Shown one piece after another: positions 19,279 to 30,689 of a DNA stretch of 64,000 bases. The stretch covers positions 85,493 through 149,492 of the forward strand of contig CAWEKI010000012.1 in assembly GCA_963809695.1 (NCBI GenBank). Direction: 5' to 3'. Position 1 is the stretch's first letter, and every line of letters begins with the position of its first letter. Origin of the DNA: an uncultured Bacteroidota bacterium. GTDB lineage: Bacteria; Bacteroidota; Ignavibacteria; UBA10030; UBA6906. The position numbers were made by a program, and so were the translations under genes. Below the pieces are notes generated by a model. It did not search any database and was not told the origin of the DNA. It saw nothing but the letters and a program-made list of their open reading frames with translations.

Positions 19279-21708
19279 ATGAGTAGAACTTCATTCAAGA
19301 GAGCCACTCCACAGTGGTGCCTAAATCTCCTGGTCATCGTGCTCATGGGAGTGACCCCCAGAGCCACGTCACAGACTGTGCTTCTCGACTGCTACTATAA
19401 TAATGAGTGGAAGGAGGATCCCGCGGGTGTCCCGATCCGCTACCATTACATCTGGAGGGACACGACAGACTCGGGCTTCTCGCAGCTCGGGCACACCATT
19501 GAAGCTGTTGGAGGTGCAACGGATACGCTCTGCCAGGCGCCTGCGCTCCCGTCTCTCCGCCGGACAGGCATTTATATCATTGTGGATCCCGATACACCAG
19601 AGGAAACCCCTGTACCTCACTATGTTCAACCGGCGGAGGTCCTTGCGATTAAACAATGGGTGAGAGAAGGAGGAGTCCTGGTGCTGCTGGGGAACGACAA
19701 AGGCAAGGCGGAATTCGAACACTTCAATTTACTGGCAGAGAAATTCGGAATGCATTTCAATAAGGACAGCAGGAACCGCGTTCAGGCGAACAACTATGCT
19801 ACGGGGACATTCGACTCGCTGCCATCTCATCCCCTGTTCAAGGGGGTGGCCAGGATCTTTTTGAAAGAAATCAGCACGCTCCGTCTGAGTCCACCGGCAC
19901 AGCCAATTCTCAGATCCGGGGGCGATGTGATTATGGCTTCTGCAGATTTCGGAAAAGGGTTGGTCTTTGCGGTCGGCGATCCCTGGCTCTACAACGAGTA
20001 CATGGATCAACGCCGGCTGCCTGCCGGCTATGGGAACGCGCTTGCGGCAAGGAATCTTTTTCGTTGGCTGTTGGACCGTGCCCGATTGGCGGAGGGACGA
20101 CGTCCGGCGGTATCTCCGTCGCCAGCGGCACTTCCCTTTGAGATGCCTTCGATCCGGGTTCCGGAATTCCCTGCGCGCCAGGTGAACATCCGGGAGCATG
20201 GAGCGGTCCCGGACGGTCGCACGATGAACACCAAAGCGTTTGCGGATGCCATCGCCTCGTGCTCACGTGCCGGCGGCGGGATGGTCATCGTGCCTCCCGG
20301 AACCTGGCTCACCGGGCCTGTCCGGCTGGAGGATAACGTGAATTTGCATCTCCAGCGGGGAGCACTGCTTCAATTCAGCAGCAACATCAACGACTTTCCG
20401 TTCATTGCGGGGATCTCCGGCGCTTCGAAGAAGTTCATTGTGACACCACCGCTCTCAGCTTTCAGGGCAAACAACATCGCGATCACGGGAGACGGGATCG
20501 TTGATGGGGCCGGGGAGGCATGGCGCTACGTCAAGAAAGAAAAGCTGACGGCGGCGCAGTGGAAAGCGCTCACCGCTTCAGGCGGGGCGGTCACGGCGGA
20601 CGGCAAAGAATGGTGGCCGTCAAAAGAGGCGATGGAAGGTGAAGCCTATCTCAAGCAGCTTGAATCATCCGGCAGGCCTCTCACTGCTGCAGACTACGCA
20701 AAAACACGGGAGTTCCTTCGGCCCGATCTGGTCTATTTTGTCCAGTGCGACGGGGTGCTGATCGATGGCCCGACATTTGAAAACTCCCCGCGTTATCACG
20801 TTCATCCCATTCAGTGCGAAGACCTCACGATCCGGAACGTGAAGGTCCTGGCGCCATGGTACGCGCAGAATGCCGACGGCATTGACCTGAGTTCATGCCG
20901 GAGAGTGCTCGTCGAGAATGCAACGGTGGATGTGGGAGACGACGGGCTCTGTCTCAAGCCGGGGAATCTTGCCCGCAGCCAGTCGCCCGGCCCCGCGTGC
21001 GAGGACATCATCATCAAAGACTGCGTCGTGTACCATGCCCACGGCGGTTTCGTTATCGGGAGCGAGAGCTTTGGGGGTGTCCGCAATGTGGCGGTGCGCA
21101 ATTGCGTCTTTGTGGGAACCGATGTGGGGCTGCGCTTCAAATCGGCGAGGGACCGCGGAGGAGTGGTGGAGAAGGTGTACATTGACGGCGTCCGGATGCG
21201 AAGCATCGCAACCGATGCCATCCTGTTCGACATGTACTATGCCGGTGGTGCGCCCGATGTGGAGGCGGCGAAAGAGTTGGCGGTGAGGGTTCCGCAGCCG
21301 GTAACGGACCGGACTCCGCAGTTCCGGGATATTTTCATCAAGAATGTCGTGTGCGACGGTGCACAACGGGGCATGGTGATCAACGGTCTCCCGGAAATGC
21401 CCGTGAAGAACATCGTACTTGATTCGGTCTCTCTCTCGACCAATACCGGGGTCGTTCTGGCCGATGCCGAGAATATTCAGATGAACGGGTGCAGCTTCTT
21501 TCCGGCTGCGGGTCCCGTTCTTTCGGTGATCCAGAGCCGCTCCATCACGGTCAGGGGGGGCGCATTCCCGGCAGGGGCCGATCCGCTCATCAGCGTGTCG
21601 GGGGAAAACTCGGGGGGGATAAAGTTCAAGGGGATCGATATATCAAAGAAGAAGACGCCGGCCGAATTGGGAAAGAACGTCCGGCCCGACGCGGTCCAAT
21701 GGGAGTGA
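19279..21708 (+). CDS. two-domain protein: N-terminal ~280-aa domain of unknown function (GATase1/ThuA-like fold suggested) fused to a GH28 polygalacturonase-family domain
   Basis: Start chosen at the ATG at 19279 (MSRTSFKRATPQWCLNLLVIVLMGVTPRATSQ signal-like). The upstream ATG at 19219 is an alternative start. The N-domain contains GIYIIVDPDTPEE…GGVLVLLGND. From ~aa 300 the GH28 signature appears (IREHGAVPDGRTMNTKAFADAIASCSRAGGGMVIVPPGTWLTGPVRLEDNVNLHL), followed by catalytic-region motifs (GDDGLCLK, GHGGFVIGSE). Confidence 0.8.
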   Translation: MSRTSFKRATPQWCLNLLVIVLMGVTPRATSQTVLLDCYYNNEWKEDPAGVPIRYHYIWRDTTDSGFSQLGHTIEAVGGATDTLCQAPALPSLRRTGIYIIVDPDTPEETPVPHYVQPAEVLAIKQWVREGGVLVLLGNDKGKAEFEHFNLLAEKFGMHFNKDSRNRVQANNYATGTFDSLPSHPLFKGVARIFLKEISTLRLSPPAQPILRSGGDVIMASADFGKGLVFAVGDPWLYNEYMDQRRLPAGYGNALAARNLFRWLLDRARLAEGRRPAVSPSPAALPFEMPSIRVPEFPARQVNIREHGAVPDGRTMNTKAFADAIASCSRAGGGMVIVPPGTWLTGPVRLEDNVNLHLQRGALLQFSSNINDFPFIAGISGASKKFIVTPPLSAFRANNIAITGDGIVDGAGEAWRYVKKEKLTAAQWKALTASGGAVTADGKEWWPSKEAMEGEAYLKQLESSGRPLTAADYAKTREFLRPDLVYFVQCDGVLIDGPTFENSPRYHVHPIQCEDLTIRNVKVLAPWYAQNADGIDLSSCRRVLVENATVDVGDDGLCLKPGNLARSQSPGPACEDIIIKDCVVYHAHGGFVIGSESFGGVRNVAVRNCVFVGTDVGLRFKSARDRGGVVEKVYIDGVRMRSIATDAILFDMYYAGGAPDVEAAKELAVRVPQPVTDRTPQFRDIFIKNVVCDGAQRGMVINGLPEMPVKNIVLDSVSLSTNTGVVLADAENIQMNGCSFFPAAGPVLSVIQSRSITVRGGAFPAGADPLISVSGENSGGIKFKGIDISKKKTPAELGKNVRPDAVQWE

Positions 21709-22757
21709 ACGTGAAGTACTTTCGGTGCCTCTTGTCCGGCCTGGTTCTTGGTGGCACATGCCTTGCCGTTGCCGCGATGGACACGGTGGTGGTCGATCAC
21801 GGGGGAGGAGGCGATTGTACGTCCATTCAGGCGGCACTCAACGCCATTCCGCAGGAACATGATCGGCAAGTCACGGTCGTCGTCCGGAACGGCCTTTACG
21901 CGGAGAAGGTTTTTATCACAAAGAGCAATATCATCTTCATCGGCGAGGATCGCGACAGCACGAGGATCGTTTTTCCCGAGCTGCGAGAGAACTGGAACCG
22001 AAGCCATTGCGGGAGCGACTGGGGAGCCGGCGTGGTTAATATTGATACCGGCGTGACAGATATTACCATCGCGAACCTGACAGTCTATAACAACTTTGGC
22101 TCGCTGCACAACGCATACAACAAACATCAATTTGCCATCAGGGGGGCCGGGACGCGGATCATGCTTCTCCATTGCGCGGTCATCTCCGACGGGGGAGATG
22201 CGCTTAGCCTCTGGAACAAGGAAAACGGCATGTACTACCATGCGGACTGCACGTTTGAAGGATGGGTGGATTTCGTCTGTCCGCGCGGATGGTGTTACAT
22301 CATCCGGTCGACGTTTTTTGGCCATAACACTCCCAGCGCGAGCATTTGGCATGACGGAAGCGGGAACCGGGCCCAGAAATTCGTGATCCGGGATTCCTAC
22401 TTCGACGGGGTTCCCGGTTTTCCGCTTGGGCGGAATCATCTCGACGCACAGTTCTATCTTGTGAACTGCCGGTTTTCCAGGACTATGGCCGACCGCCCCT
22501 TCTTCCGCCCGCTATCAAGCCCGCGCGAATGGCAATGGGGAGCGCGGCACTACTTCTACCACTGTCATCGCGATAGCGGCGACTTCAGCTGGTTCCGGGA
22601 CAATTTGTCTTCTGCTGAGGGTTCGCCGCGTGCTGAAGACATCAATGCCAGGTGGGCCTTCGATGGGCAATGGGATCCGGAATCTGCAATGCCCTGGACG
22701 ACGGCATCGTTGAAAGCCCGGCCCGGCACACTACCACAACGCGGTCATCATCCATGA
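21699..22757 (+). CDS. pectinesterase (carbohydrate esterase family 8)-like
   Basis: Start at ATG 21699 (MGVNVKYFRCLLSGLVLGGTCLAVAA), overlapping the previous gene by 10 nt. The beta-helix motifs are CE8-like: QFAIRGAGTRIMLLHCAVISDGGDALSLW matches the QAVAL…QDTLY region, and GWVDFVCPRGWCYI matches GTVDFIFG. The text-book QDT motif is substituted by GDA. Confidence 0.7.
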   Translation: MGVNVKYFRCLLSGLVLGGTCLAVAAMDTVVVDHGGGGDCTSIQAALNAIPQEHDRQVTVVVRNGLYAEKVFITKSNIIFIGEDRDSTRIVFPELRENWNRSHCGSDWGAGVVNIDTGVTDITIANLTVYNNFGSLHNAYNKHQFAIRGAGTRIMLLHCAVISDGGDALSLWNKENGMYYHADCTFEGWVDFVCPRGWCYIIRSTFFGHNTPSASIWHDGSGNRAQKFVIRDSYFDGVPGFPLGRNHLDAQFYLVNCRFSRTMADRPFFRPLSSPREWQWGARHYFYHCHRDSGDFSWFRDNLSSAEGSPRAEDINARWAFDGQWDPESAMPWTTASLKARPGTLPQRGHHP

Positions 22758-24031
22758 AACTCAACAAGTATTCGCTTGGCATCGGGGACAGGTTCGGGCG
22801 GGAGGGAGTCCCACAGCTCCGCGCGCTGCAAATGGCAGCGGAGCAGGGAGCCCATGTCACGCCGGTGTGGAACAAATCAAACAGGGAACACATCATCATC
22901 GGTTCTTCCCCCGGTGACACGCGAGGCGAAGCTGACGATGCGGTAAACGCGCTGGGCTGGCTGGCTCCGTATTTCGTGGACGCGGACCATATTGGCCTTG
23001 CCACGGCCGGGAAGTTCCTGGAGTCCAGCGACTTCTTCACCATTGACGTTACGGACTTCATTGGCGCACCCCCGGCTGCCGATGCAGCCGCCTCGTTTGT
23101 TGCTGCCATGGAGCGCTTCAAGGGTGACCTGGGGGTCCCGGGTATTGCGGGGCCCCTTCACATCGACAACGACCTGCTCGAACGGGTCGCGCGAAAATAC
23201 CTCAGTGCAGTCAGTGCCGCGGGAGAAGTCTATCGGCACATCGCACGCGCCCGCGCGGCCGACACGTTTATCACCGAAGTGTCCCTCGACGAAGCAGAAG
23301 AGCCTCAGACCCCCGCGGAATTGCTGTTTATCCTTGCGGCGATCTCCATGGAACACATACCGGTCCAGACCATCGCCCCCAGGTTCTCCGGCGCTTTTCT
23401 CAAGGGGGTCGACTATGTGGGCAACGTTGCTACGTTCGCACGAGAATTCGAGCAGGATGTCGCCGTCATCGCATTCGCGGTGAATACTTTCGATCTCACG
23501 TCGGACCTCAAACTCAGCGTCCATTCCGGCAGTGATAAATTCTCGTTGTATCCTGAAATGCGCCGGGTCATTCGTAAATTTGACGCGGGGCTCCATCTGA
23601 AGACCGCCGGAACGACATGGCTGGAAGAACTGATCGGCCTGGCCGAAGCGGGAGGCGAAGGGCTGCAGGCGGCGAAGCATGTCTATGCCGCGTCATGCGA
23701 GCGTTATGACGAATTGTGCAAGCCTTACCTCTCGGTCATCAGCATCGATAAATCCAGACTTCCGCGTGTGCAGGATGTGCAGGTGTGGACCGGCCAGGAT
23801 TTCGCCGGAGCATTGCGGCATGACCAGGCCAAAGGGACGTACAACAGAGATTTCCGGCAACTGCTTCATGTCGGGTACAAAGTGGCAGCGGAAATGGGCC
23901 CCCGGTTCACTGCACTTTTGCGGGAGCACTGCGCCGTGATTGCACGCAACGTGACCGAGAATTTGTACCACCGCCATATCCTCCCGTTGTACGTCGGTGA
24001 AGACCATCACCAGAGGCGGACCCAATCATGA
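22754..24031 (+). CDS. uxaE: tagaturonate/fructuronate epimerase (UxaE family)
   Basis: The ATG at 22754 overlaps the CE8 stop (ATGA). The motifs LKLSVHSGSDKFSLYP and HLKTAGTTWLEE match the Thermotoga UxaE blocks SLHSGSDKFSVYP and HVKTAGTSYLEA. It lies immediately upstream of uxaC. Confidence 0.7.
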   Translation: MKLNKYSLGIGDRFGREGVPQLRALQMAAEQGAHVTPVWNKSNREHIIIGSSPGDTRGEADDAVNALGWLAPYFVDADHIGLATAGKFLESSDFFTIDVTDFIGAPPAADAAASFVAAMERFKGDLGVPGIAGPLHIDNDLLERVARKYLSAVSAAGEVYRHIARARAADTFITEVSLDEAEEPQTPAELLFILAAISMEHIPVQTIAPRFSGAFLKGVDYVGNVATFAREFEQDVAVIAFAVNTFDLTSDLKLSVHSGSDKFSLYPEMRRVIRKFDAGLHLKTAGTTWLEELIGLAEAGGEGLQAAKHVYAASCERYDELCKPYLSVISIDKSRLPRVQDVQVWTGQDFAGALRHDQAKGTYNRDFRQLLHVGYKVAAEMGPRFTALLREHCAVIARNVTENLYHRHILPLYVGEDHHQRRTQS

Positions 24032-25452
24032 CAATTTCTTACATTGACAACGATTTCCTGCTCTCGACAAACCAGGCCCAGGAACTCTACCACGGCTATG
24101 CCGAGCGACTGCCCATTATCGATTACCACTGCCATCTCTCGCCGGAAGATATCGCCCGGAACAGGCAGTTTGACAACCTGACGCAAATCTGGCTGAAAGG
24201 AGACCACTACAAGTGGCGCGCGATGCGTGCGTGCGGCGTGAGCGAGCGCTACATTACCGGCGAAGCCTCCGACTGGGAGAAATTCGAGCGCTGGGCGGAA
24301 ACGGTCCCCCGGACGCTGCGTAATCCGCTCTACCACTGGACTCACCTGGAGCTGAGACGCCCTTTCGGGATCCAGGACCGCCGTCTCAATGTGTCGACGG
24401 CGAAAAGCATTTGGGAGGAATGCAATGCAAAACTTGCCCAGCCGGACTACTCAACCCGGGGCATCCTTCACCAGATGAACGTGGAGGTCGTGTGCACCAC
24501 GGACGATCCGGTGGATTCGCTGGAGCACCACGTGAGAATGGGGAGCGACCCGGCCCTCAAAGTCCATGTGATTCCGGCGTTTCGTCCCGACAGGGCGATG
24601 GCCGTGGAAGCACCCGCGCGCTTTGTCTCCTATGTGCGGTCGCTTGCGCGTGCGGCGGATATGGAGATTCTGCACTTTCATGATTTTCTTGCAGCGTTGA
24701 GAAAGCGGCACGACTACTTCCACCAGTGCGGCTGCCGGCTGTCCGACCATGGCCTCGAAACAATGCTTACGGAACAGTATACCGAGGAGGAACTTCGAAC
24801 CGCCTTCGATCGTCTCCTGCAGGAAAAAAGCCTTGGGCAAGGCGAGATCCTCAAGTTCAAATCCGCCATGCTTTATGAATTTGCCGTCATGGATTGGGAA
24901 AAAGGATGGACCCAGCAGTTTCATCTGGGCGCCTTGCGGAACACGAATTCGCGCATGATGCGCACGCTCGGGCCCGATACCGGGTTCGACTCCATCGGCG
25001 ACTTTGAGATTGCGCGCCCTCTGGCACGGTTTCTCGATCGCCTGGACAACGGGAACCGGCTTGCAAAAACCATCATCTACAATATCAACCCGCGCGACAA
25101 TGCGGTGATGGCGTCCATGATCGGTAACTTTCAAGATGGAACCGTGCCGGGCAAGATTCAATATGGACCCGCATGGTGGTTCCTGGACCAAATGGACGGC
25201 ATGAAAAAGCAAATGGAAGCCCTCTCCAACATGGGGCTTCTGAGCCGGTTCGTCGGTATGGTCACGGATTCGCGGAGCTTTCTTTCCTATCCCCGGCACG
25301 AGTACTTCCGACGGCTTCTTTGCAGCCTCCTGGGCGAGGACATGAAGCGGGGGCTCGTCCCCGGTGACATGGAGCTCGTAGGCAACATGGTGAGCGATAT
25401 CTGCTACTTCAATGCGAAGCGCTATTTCGGCTTCACGGAGGAATCTGCATGA
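24028..25452 (+). CDS. uxaC: uronate (glucuronate/galacturonate) isomerase
   Basis: Near-collinear with E. coli UxaC: LPIIDYHCHLSPEDIA, IWLKGDHYKWRAMRACGV, NPLYHWTHLELRRPFGI, LLSRFVGMVTDSRSFLSYPRHEYFRR. ATGA overlap with uxaE. Confidence 0.95.
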   Translation: MTISYIDNDFLLSTNQAQELYHGYAERLPIIDYHCHLSPEDIARNRQFDNLTQIWLKGDHYKWRAMRACGVSERYITGEASDWEKFERWAETVPRTLRNPLYHWTHLELRRPFGIQDRRLNVSTAKSIWEECNAKLAQPDYSTRGILHQMNVEVVCTTDDPVDSLEHHVRMGSDPALKVHVIPAFRPDRAMAVEAPARFVSYVRSLARAADMEILHFHDFLAALRKRHDYFHQCGCRLSDHGLETMLTEQYTEEELRTAFDRLLQEKSLGQGEILKFKSAMLYEFAVMDWEKGWTQQFHLGALRNTNSRMMRTLGPDTGFDSIGDFEIARPLARFLDRLDNGNRLAKTIIYNINPRDNAVMASMIGNFQDGTVPGKIQYGPAWWFLDQMDGMKKQMEALSNMGLLSRFVGMVTDSRSFLSYPRHEYFRRLLCSLLGEDMKRGLVPGDMELVGNMVSDICYFNAKRYFGFTEESA

Positions 25453-26204
25453 ACGCACTCTTCGACCTCACAGGAAAGACCGCTGTCGTCACCGGCGCGA
25501 GCACAGGGCTGGGCATGGGGATGACGCTTGGCCTGGCTTCTGCAGGTGCGGACGTTCTTCTCGTGGACCGCGTGCAGAGCGAGGAAGTCGCCAGCAAGGT
25601 CAGGGACATGGGCAGACGTGCAGCCACGCTCACCGTTGACCTGATGAAGATGGCATCCATTCCCGTCGTTGTGGAAAAAGCCATCGCGGAATATGGCAAG
25701 ATCGACATCCTGGTCAACAATGCAGGGATTATTCGCCGCGCGCCGGCATTGGAGTTTTCGGAGAAGGATTGGGACGAGGTAATGCAGCTGAATGCCAAGG
25801 CCACGTTCTTCCTGACACAGGCAGCCGCGCGCGACATGCTGCTGCGCAAGTACGGCAAGATCATCAACATCGCGTCGCTGCTGGCATTTCAAGGGGGCAT
25901 CATCGTGCCGTCGTACTCCGCGAGCAAGGGAGCTGTTGCACAGGTGACAAAAGCCCTTGCCAATGAGTGGGCACCGCATGGCATCAGGGTGAACGCCATC
26001 GCGCCCGGGTACATGGCAACGAACAATACCAGGGCTTTGCGCGAAGACCCGGTCCGTTCCAGGGCTATCCTCGACCGGATCCCCGCGGGCCGCTGGGGCG
26101 TGCCGGAAGACCTGCAGGGTGCTGCCGTCTTCCTTGCCTCCGCCGCATCTGATTATGTCACCGGCCACGTCCTTGCGGTAGATGGAGGCTGGCTCGCAAG
26201 ATAA
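25449..26204 (+). CDS. kduD: 2-dehydro-3-deoxy-D-gluconate 5-dehydrogenase (SDR)
   Basis: 251 aa, alignable along its whole length with E. coli KduD: GKTAVVTGASTGLGMGMTLGLA, IDILVNNAGIIRR, LEFSEKDWDEVMQLN, NAIAPGYMATNNT, RIPAGRWG, DGGWLAR. ATGA overlap with uxaC. Confidence 0.9.
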   Translation: MNALFDLTGKTAVVTGASTGLGMGMTLGLASAGADVLLVDRVQSEEVASKVRDMGRRAATLTVDLMKMASIPVVVEKAIAEYGKIDILVNNAGIIRRAPALEFSEKDWDEVMQLNAKATFFLTQAAARDMLLRKYGKIINIASLLAFQGGIIVPSYSASKGAVAQVTKALANEWAPHGIRVNAIAPGYMATNNTRALREDPVRSRAILDRIPAGRWGVPEDLQGAAVFLASAASDYVTGHVLAVDGGWLAR

Positions 26205-26222
26205 TGCTGTCTCAAAAGGCGA

Positions 26223-27068
26223 TTGGAGAAGATTATGGAAGTACGCTACCTGCCAAATGACGTCTCGTACCAGCGAATGACCACGCGGGAGCTCCGCGAC
26301 GCGTTCGTCCTGGAGAATCTCTTTGAGGCCGGCCGGATCAGGATGGTCTACGCGGACAGCGATCGCGCAATCGTGGGAGGCGCTGTCCCCGTCACGGGAA
26401 CGCTGCCGTTGCTCGCGACACAGAAGGAAATGGCCGCGGCGCATTTCAATGACCGTCGCGAGGTCGGGATCATGAACATCGGCGGCGAAGGAACAGTGAG
26501 CGTCGACGGCACGGAATACCCGCTCGGCGCGAAGGACCTGCTCTACGTTGGAAAGGGAGCGAAGAGCATCGAGTTATCCAGCCGGGATGCCGGAGCGCCG
26601 GCCGTGTATTATCTCGTATCGTTCCCGGCCCACACCACCTACCCCACGGCAGCAATGCGCTTCCGCGACGCGGAGCGCTCTCCGCTTGGGACCGCGGGCG
26701 CGGCCAACAAACGGACGATCCGCAAGTATGTGCACGGCGGAGGGATCAAGAGCTGTCAGCTCGTCATGGGGATGACGCAGCTCGACGAGGGGAGTGTCTG
26801 GAACACCATGCCTCCGCATACCCATCAGCGCCGGTCGGAGGTCTACCTCTATTTCGATCTCGATCCGGATGGCATCGTCGTCCATCTGATGGGCAAACCG
26901 CACGAGACAAGGAATCTTATGCTGCGCAACCGGCAAGTGGCACTCTCGCCTCCATGGTCCATCCATGCCGCGGCAGGGACGAAGCACTATGCGTTTGTGT
27001 GGGCGATGGGAGGGGAGAACCAGGAATTCTCGGACATGGATGCGGTGGCGCCGGACGAAATTCTCTAA
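26223..27068 (+). CDS. kduI: 5-dehydro-4-deoxy-D-glucuronate (4-deoxy-L-threo-5-hexosulose-uronate) ketol-isomerase
   Basis: 281 aa, collinear with E. coli KduI: VGIMNIGGEGTVSVDG, LYVGKGAK, PAHTTYPT, CQLVMGMTQL, WNTMPPHTHQRRSEVYLYF, SPPWSIHAAAGTKHYAFVWAMGGENQEF. Confidence 0.9.
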   Translation: MEKIMEVRYLPNDVSYQRMTTRELRDAFVLENLFEAGRIRMVYADSDRAIVGGAVPVTGTLPLLATQKEMAAAHFNDRREVGIMNIGGEGTVSVDGTEYPLGAKDLLYVGKGAKSIELSSRDAGAPAVYYLVSFPAHTTYPTAAMRFRDAERSPLGTAGAANKRTIRKYVHGGGIKSCQLVMGMTQLDEGSVWNTMPPHTHQRRSEVYLYFDLDPDGIVVHLMGKPHETRNLMLRNRQVALSPPWSIHAAAGTKHYAFVWAMGGENQEFSDMDAVAPDEIL

Positions 27069-27109
27069 ATCACGATCGATTCACGTGTCACTTTCTGAAG
27101 AGACAACTA

Positions 27110-28420
27110 ATGGACCAGCCGGACAAGGCGCTTCCCACAGTTGGACCGCCGCTCAAAGCCGCCAGTGCCGCGGCCGCCGTGGGGCACTATCGCTGGACGA
27201 TCTGCAGCCTCCTCTTCTTCGCGACGACCATCAATTACCTTGACAGGAACATCCTCGGGATCCTTGCCCCTACCCTGCAAAAGGAGATTGGCTGGACGCC
27301 CGTGGAGTACGGGTACATCACCACTGCGTTTCAGGCGGCGTATGCGCTGGGACTGGCCTGGTTTGGGTGGTTCATTGACCGGTATGGGACCAAGATCGGT
27401 TATTCCCTTTCTCTGATCGGATGGACGATCGCCGCCGCGGCCCATGCGCTGGCACAATCGGTGTTTGGCTTCGGCGTGGCACGTTTCTTCCTCGGCCTGA
27501 GCGAAGCCGGCAACTTCCCCGCCGCAATCAAGGCCACTGCAGAGTGGTTTCCGAAAAGGGAGCGTGCGCTGACAACGGGGATCTTCAACTCCGGAGCGAA
27601 CATCGGGGCCGTCGTTGCAGCCGCCGTGGTTCCGTGGCTCACATTGACGTACGGCTGGAGAGCCGCCTTTATCGCGACCGCCGCAACCGGATTCATCTGG
27701 CTTATCTTCTGGGTTCTGATGTACCAGAGACCGGAGGAATCCCGGAAGCTCTCAAAAAAGGAATTAGACTACATCCTGAGCGATCCGGAGGAAGTTGTCA
27801 ATGAGAAAATTCACTGGATGAAGCTTCTCCGGTACCGGCAGACGTGGGCCTTCGTCCTGGGAAAGTTCCTGACCGATCCTGTCTGGTGGTTCTACCTCTA
27901 CTGGCTGGCGCTTTACCTCAACAATAATTTCGGGCTCTCTCTCTCGGGCCTTGCCCTGCCGCTTATCGTGATCTACACCATGACGAGTGTGGGGAGCATC
28001 GGCGGCGGGTGGCTCTCGGGCGCAATGATCAGCCGCGGCGTCCCGGTCAACAAGAGCCGGAAGCTTGCCATGCTCGTTTGTGCCCTGCTCGTCCTTCCCG
28101 TTGTCTTTGTCGGAGAGATCAAGGACATGTGGGTTGCCGTCCTGATCATCGGGCTGGCTGCAGCGTCCCACCAGGGTTGGTCGGCGAACATCTTCACCAC
28201 GGCGTCGGATATGTTCCCCAAAAGAGCCGTCGGGTCGGTCGTAGGCCTCGGCGGACTCGCCGGATCTGTCGGCGGCATGATCTTCATGACCCTGTCAGGC
28301 TATCTCGTCCAGACAACGGGGAGCTACATGGTGCATTTCATCATCTGCGGATCGGCCTACCTTATTGCCCTCGGAGTGATGCAGCTGCTGACCTTCAGGG
28401 CCAAACCAGTGGAGGTGTAA
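27110..28420 (+). CDS. exuT: hexuronate transporter (MFS, ExuT family)
   Basis: Start at ATG 27110 (MDQPDKALP…). 12-TM MFS protein with an ExuT-like N-half (INYLDRNILGILAPTLQKEIGWT…YGTKIGY…AEWFPKRERA). Confidence 0.8.
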   Translation: MDQPDKALPTVGPPLKAASAAAAVGHYRWTICSLLFFATTINYLDRNILGILAPTLQKEIGWTPVEYGYITTAFQAAYALGLAWFGWFIDRYGTKIGYSLSLIGWTIAAAAHALAQSVFGFGVARFFLGLSEAGNFPAAIKATAEWFPKRERALTTGIFNSGANIGAVVAAAVVPWLTLTYGWRAAFIATAATGFIWLIFWVLMYQRPEESRKLSKKELDYILSDPEEVVNEKIHWMKLLRYRQTWAFVLGKFLTDPVWWFYLYWLALYLNNNFGLSLSGLALPLIVIYTMTSVGSIGGGWLSGAMISRGVPVNKSRKLAMLVCALLVLPVVFVGEIKDMWVAVLIIGLAAASHQGWSANIFTTASDMFPKRAVGSVVGLGGLAGSVGGMIFMTLSGYLVQTTGSYMVHFIICGSAYLIALGVMQLLTFRAKPVEV

Positions 28421-28424
28421 TGTC

Positions 28425-29258
28425 ATGAACCTTGAGGAAATCAACAGGCTCTACGATTTTGCCGGCAAGACAGTCCTTCTTACGGGAGGTGCAGGCGTGC
28501 TCACCGGCGAGATCGCGTGCGCACTTTTCGGGTGCAACGCGAACATTGCCATCATCGATCGAGACCCGGCACTGGCCGACACCGTCATGAAACGCATTGA
28601 GCCGGTCGGGGACCGGGCAGTCGTGATATACGGAGATGTGCTTCAACCCGAGACCATGCAGAGGGCGCTGGAGCAGGTCATCACGGCGTACGGCAAGGTG
28701 GATTTCCTGGTCAATGGCGCCGGGGGAAACAATCCCAAAGCCACAACGACGCCTACGACGACATTTTTTGACCTGCCTCAGGATGCGCTTCGGTTCGTGT
28801 CGGACCTCAACCTGCTCGGAACCATCATACCGTGTCAGGTGATCGGCAAGCACATGGCTGAGCGGAAAGAAGGGGTCATCCTGAATATTTCCTCCATGAA
28901 TGCGTTTCGCCCTCTGACGCGGATCCCTGCATACTCGGCGTCCAAAGCGGCCGTCACGAATTTCACGCAGTGGCTCGCTGTATACATGGCACAAGAGATC
29001 TCGCCCAGGATCAGGGTCAATGCCATTGCCCCCGGCTTCTTCCTGACCAATCAGAACCGCTTCCTGCTGATCGATAAGGAGAGCGGAAAAGAAACGGTCC
29101 GTGGACGGAAGATCCTTGATCACACGCCGATGGGACGTTACGGGATGCCGGAGGATCTGCTGGGCACCGTGTTGTGGCTGCTGTCGCCTGCATCGAATTT
29201 CGTGACCGGCGTAGTCATCCCGGTCGATGGCGGGTTCTCCGCCTATAGTGGAGTGTAA
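28425..29258 (+). CDS. SDR-family oxidoreductase, probably fructuronate/mannonate reductase (UxuB-like, short-chain type)
   Basis: 277 aa with a Rossmann TGGAGVLTG motif and the SDR catalytic pattern (NISSMNAF…YSASKAAV…). It sits between exuT and gnd in the hexuronate operon. Substrate assignment is by context. Confidence 0.6.
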   Translation: MNLEEINRLYDFAGKTVLLTGGAGVLTGEIACALFGCNANIAIIDRDPALADTVMKRIEPVGDRAVVIYGDVLQPETMQRALEQVITAYGKVDFLVNGAGGNNPKATTTPTTTFFDLPQDALRFVSDLNLLGTIIPCQVIGKHMAERKEGVILNISSMNAFRPLTRIPAYSASKAAVTNFTQWLAVYMAQEISPRIRVNAIAPGFFLTNQNRFLLIDKESGKETVRGRKILDHTPMGRYGMPEDLLGTVLWLLSPASNFVTGVVIPVDGGFSAYSGV

Positions 29259-29276
29259 ACAGAAGGAGGAGGTATC

Positions 29277-30685
<1,409 letters not shown>

Positions 30686-30689
<4 letters not shown>

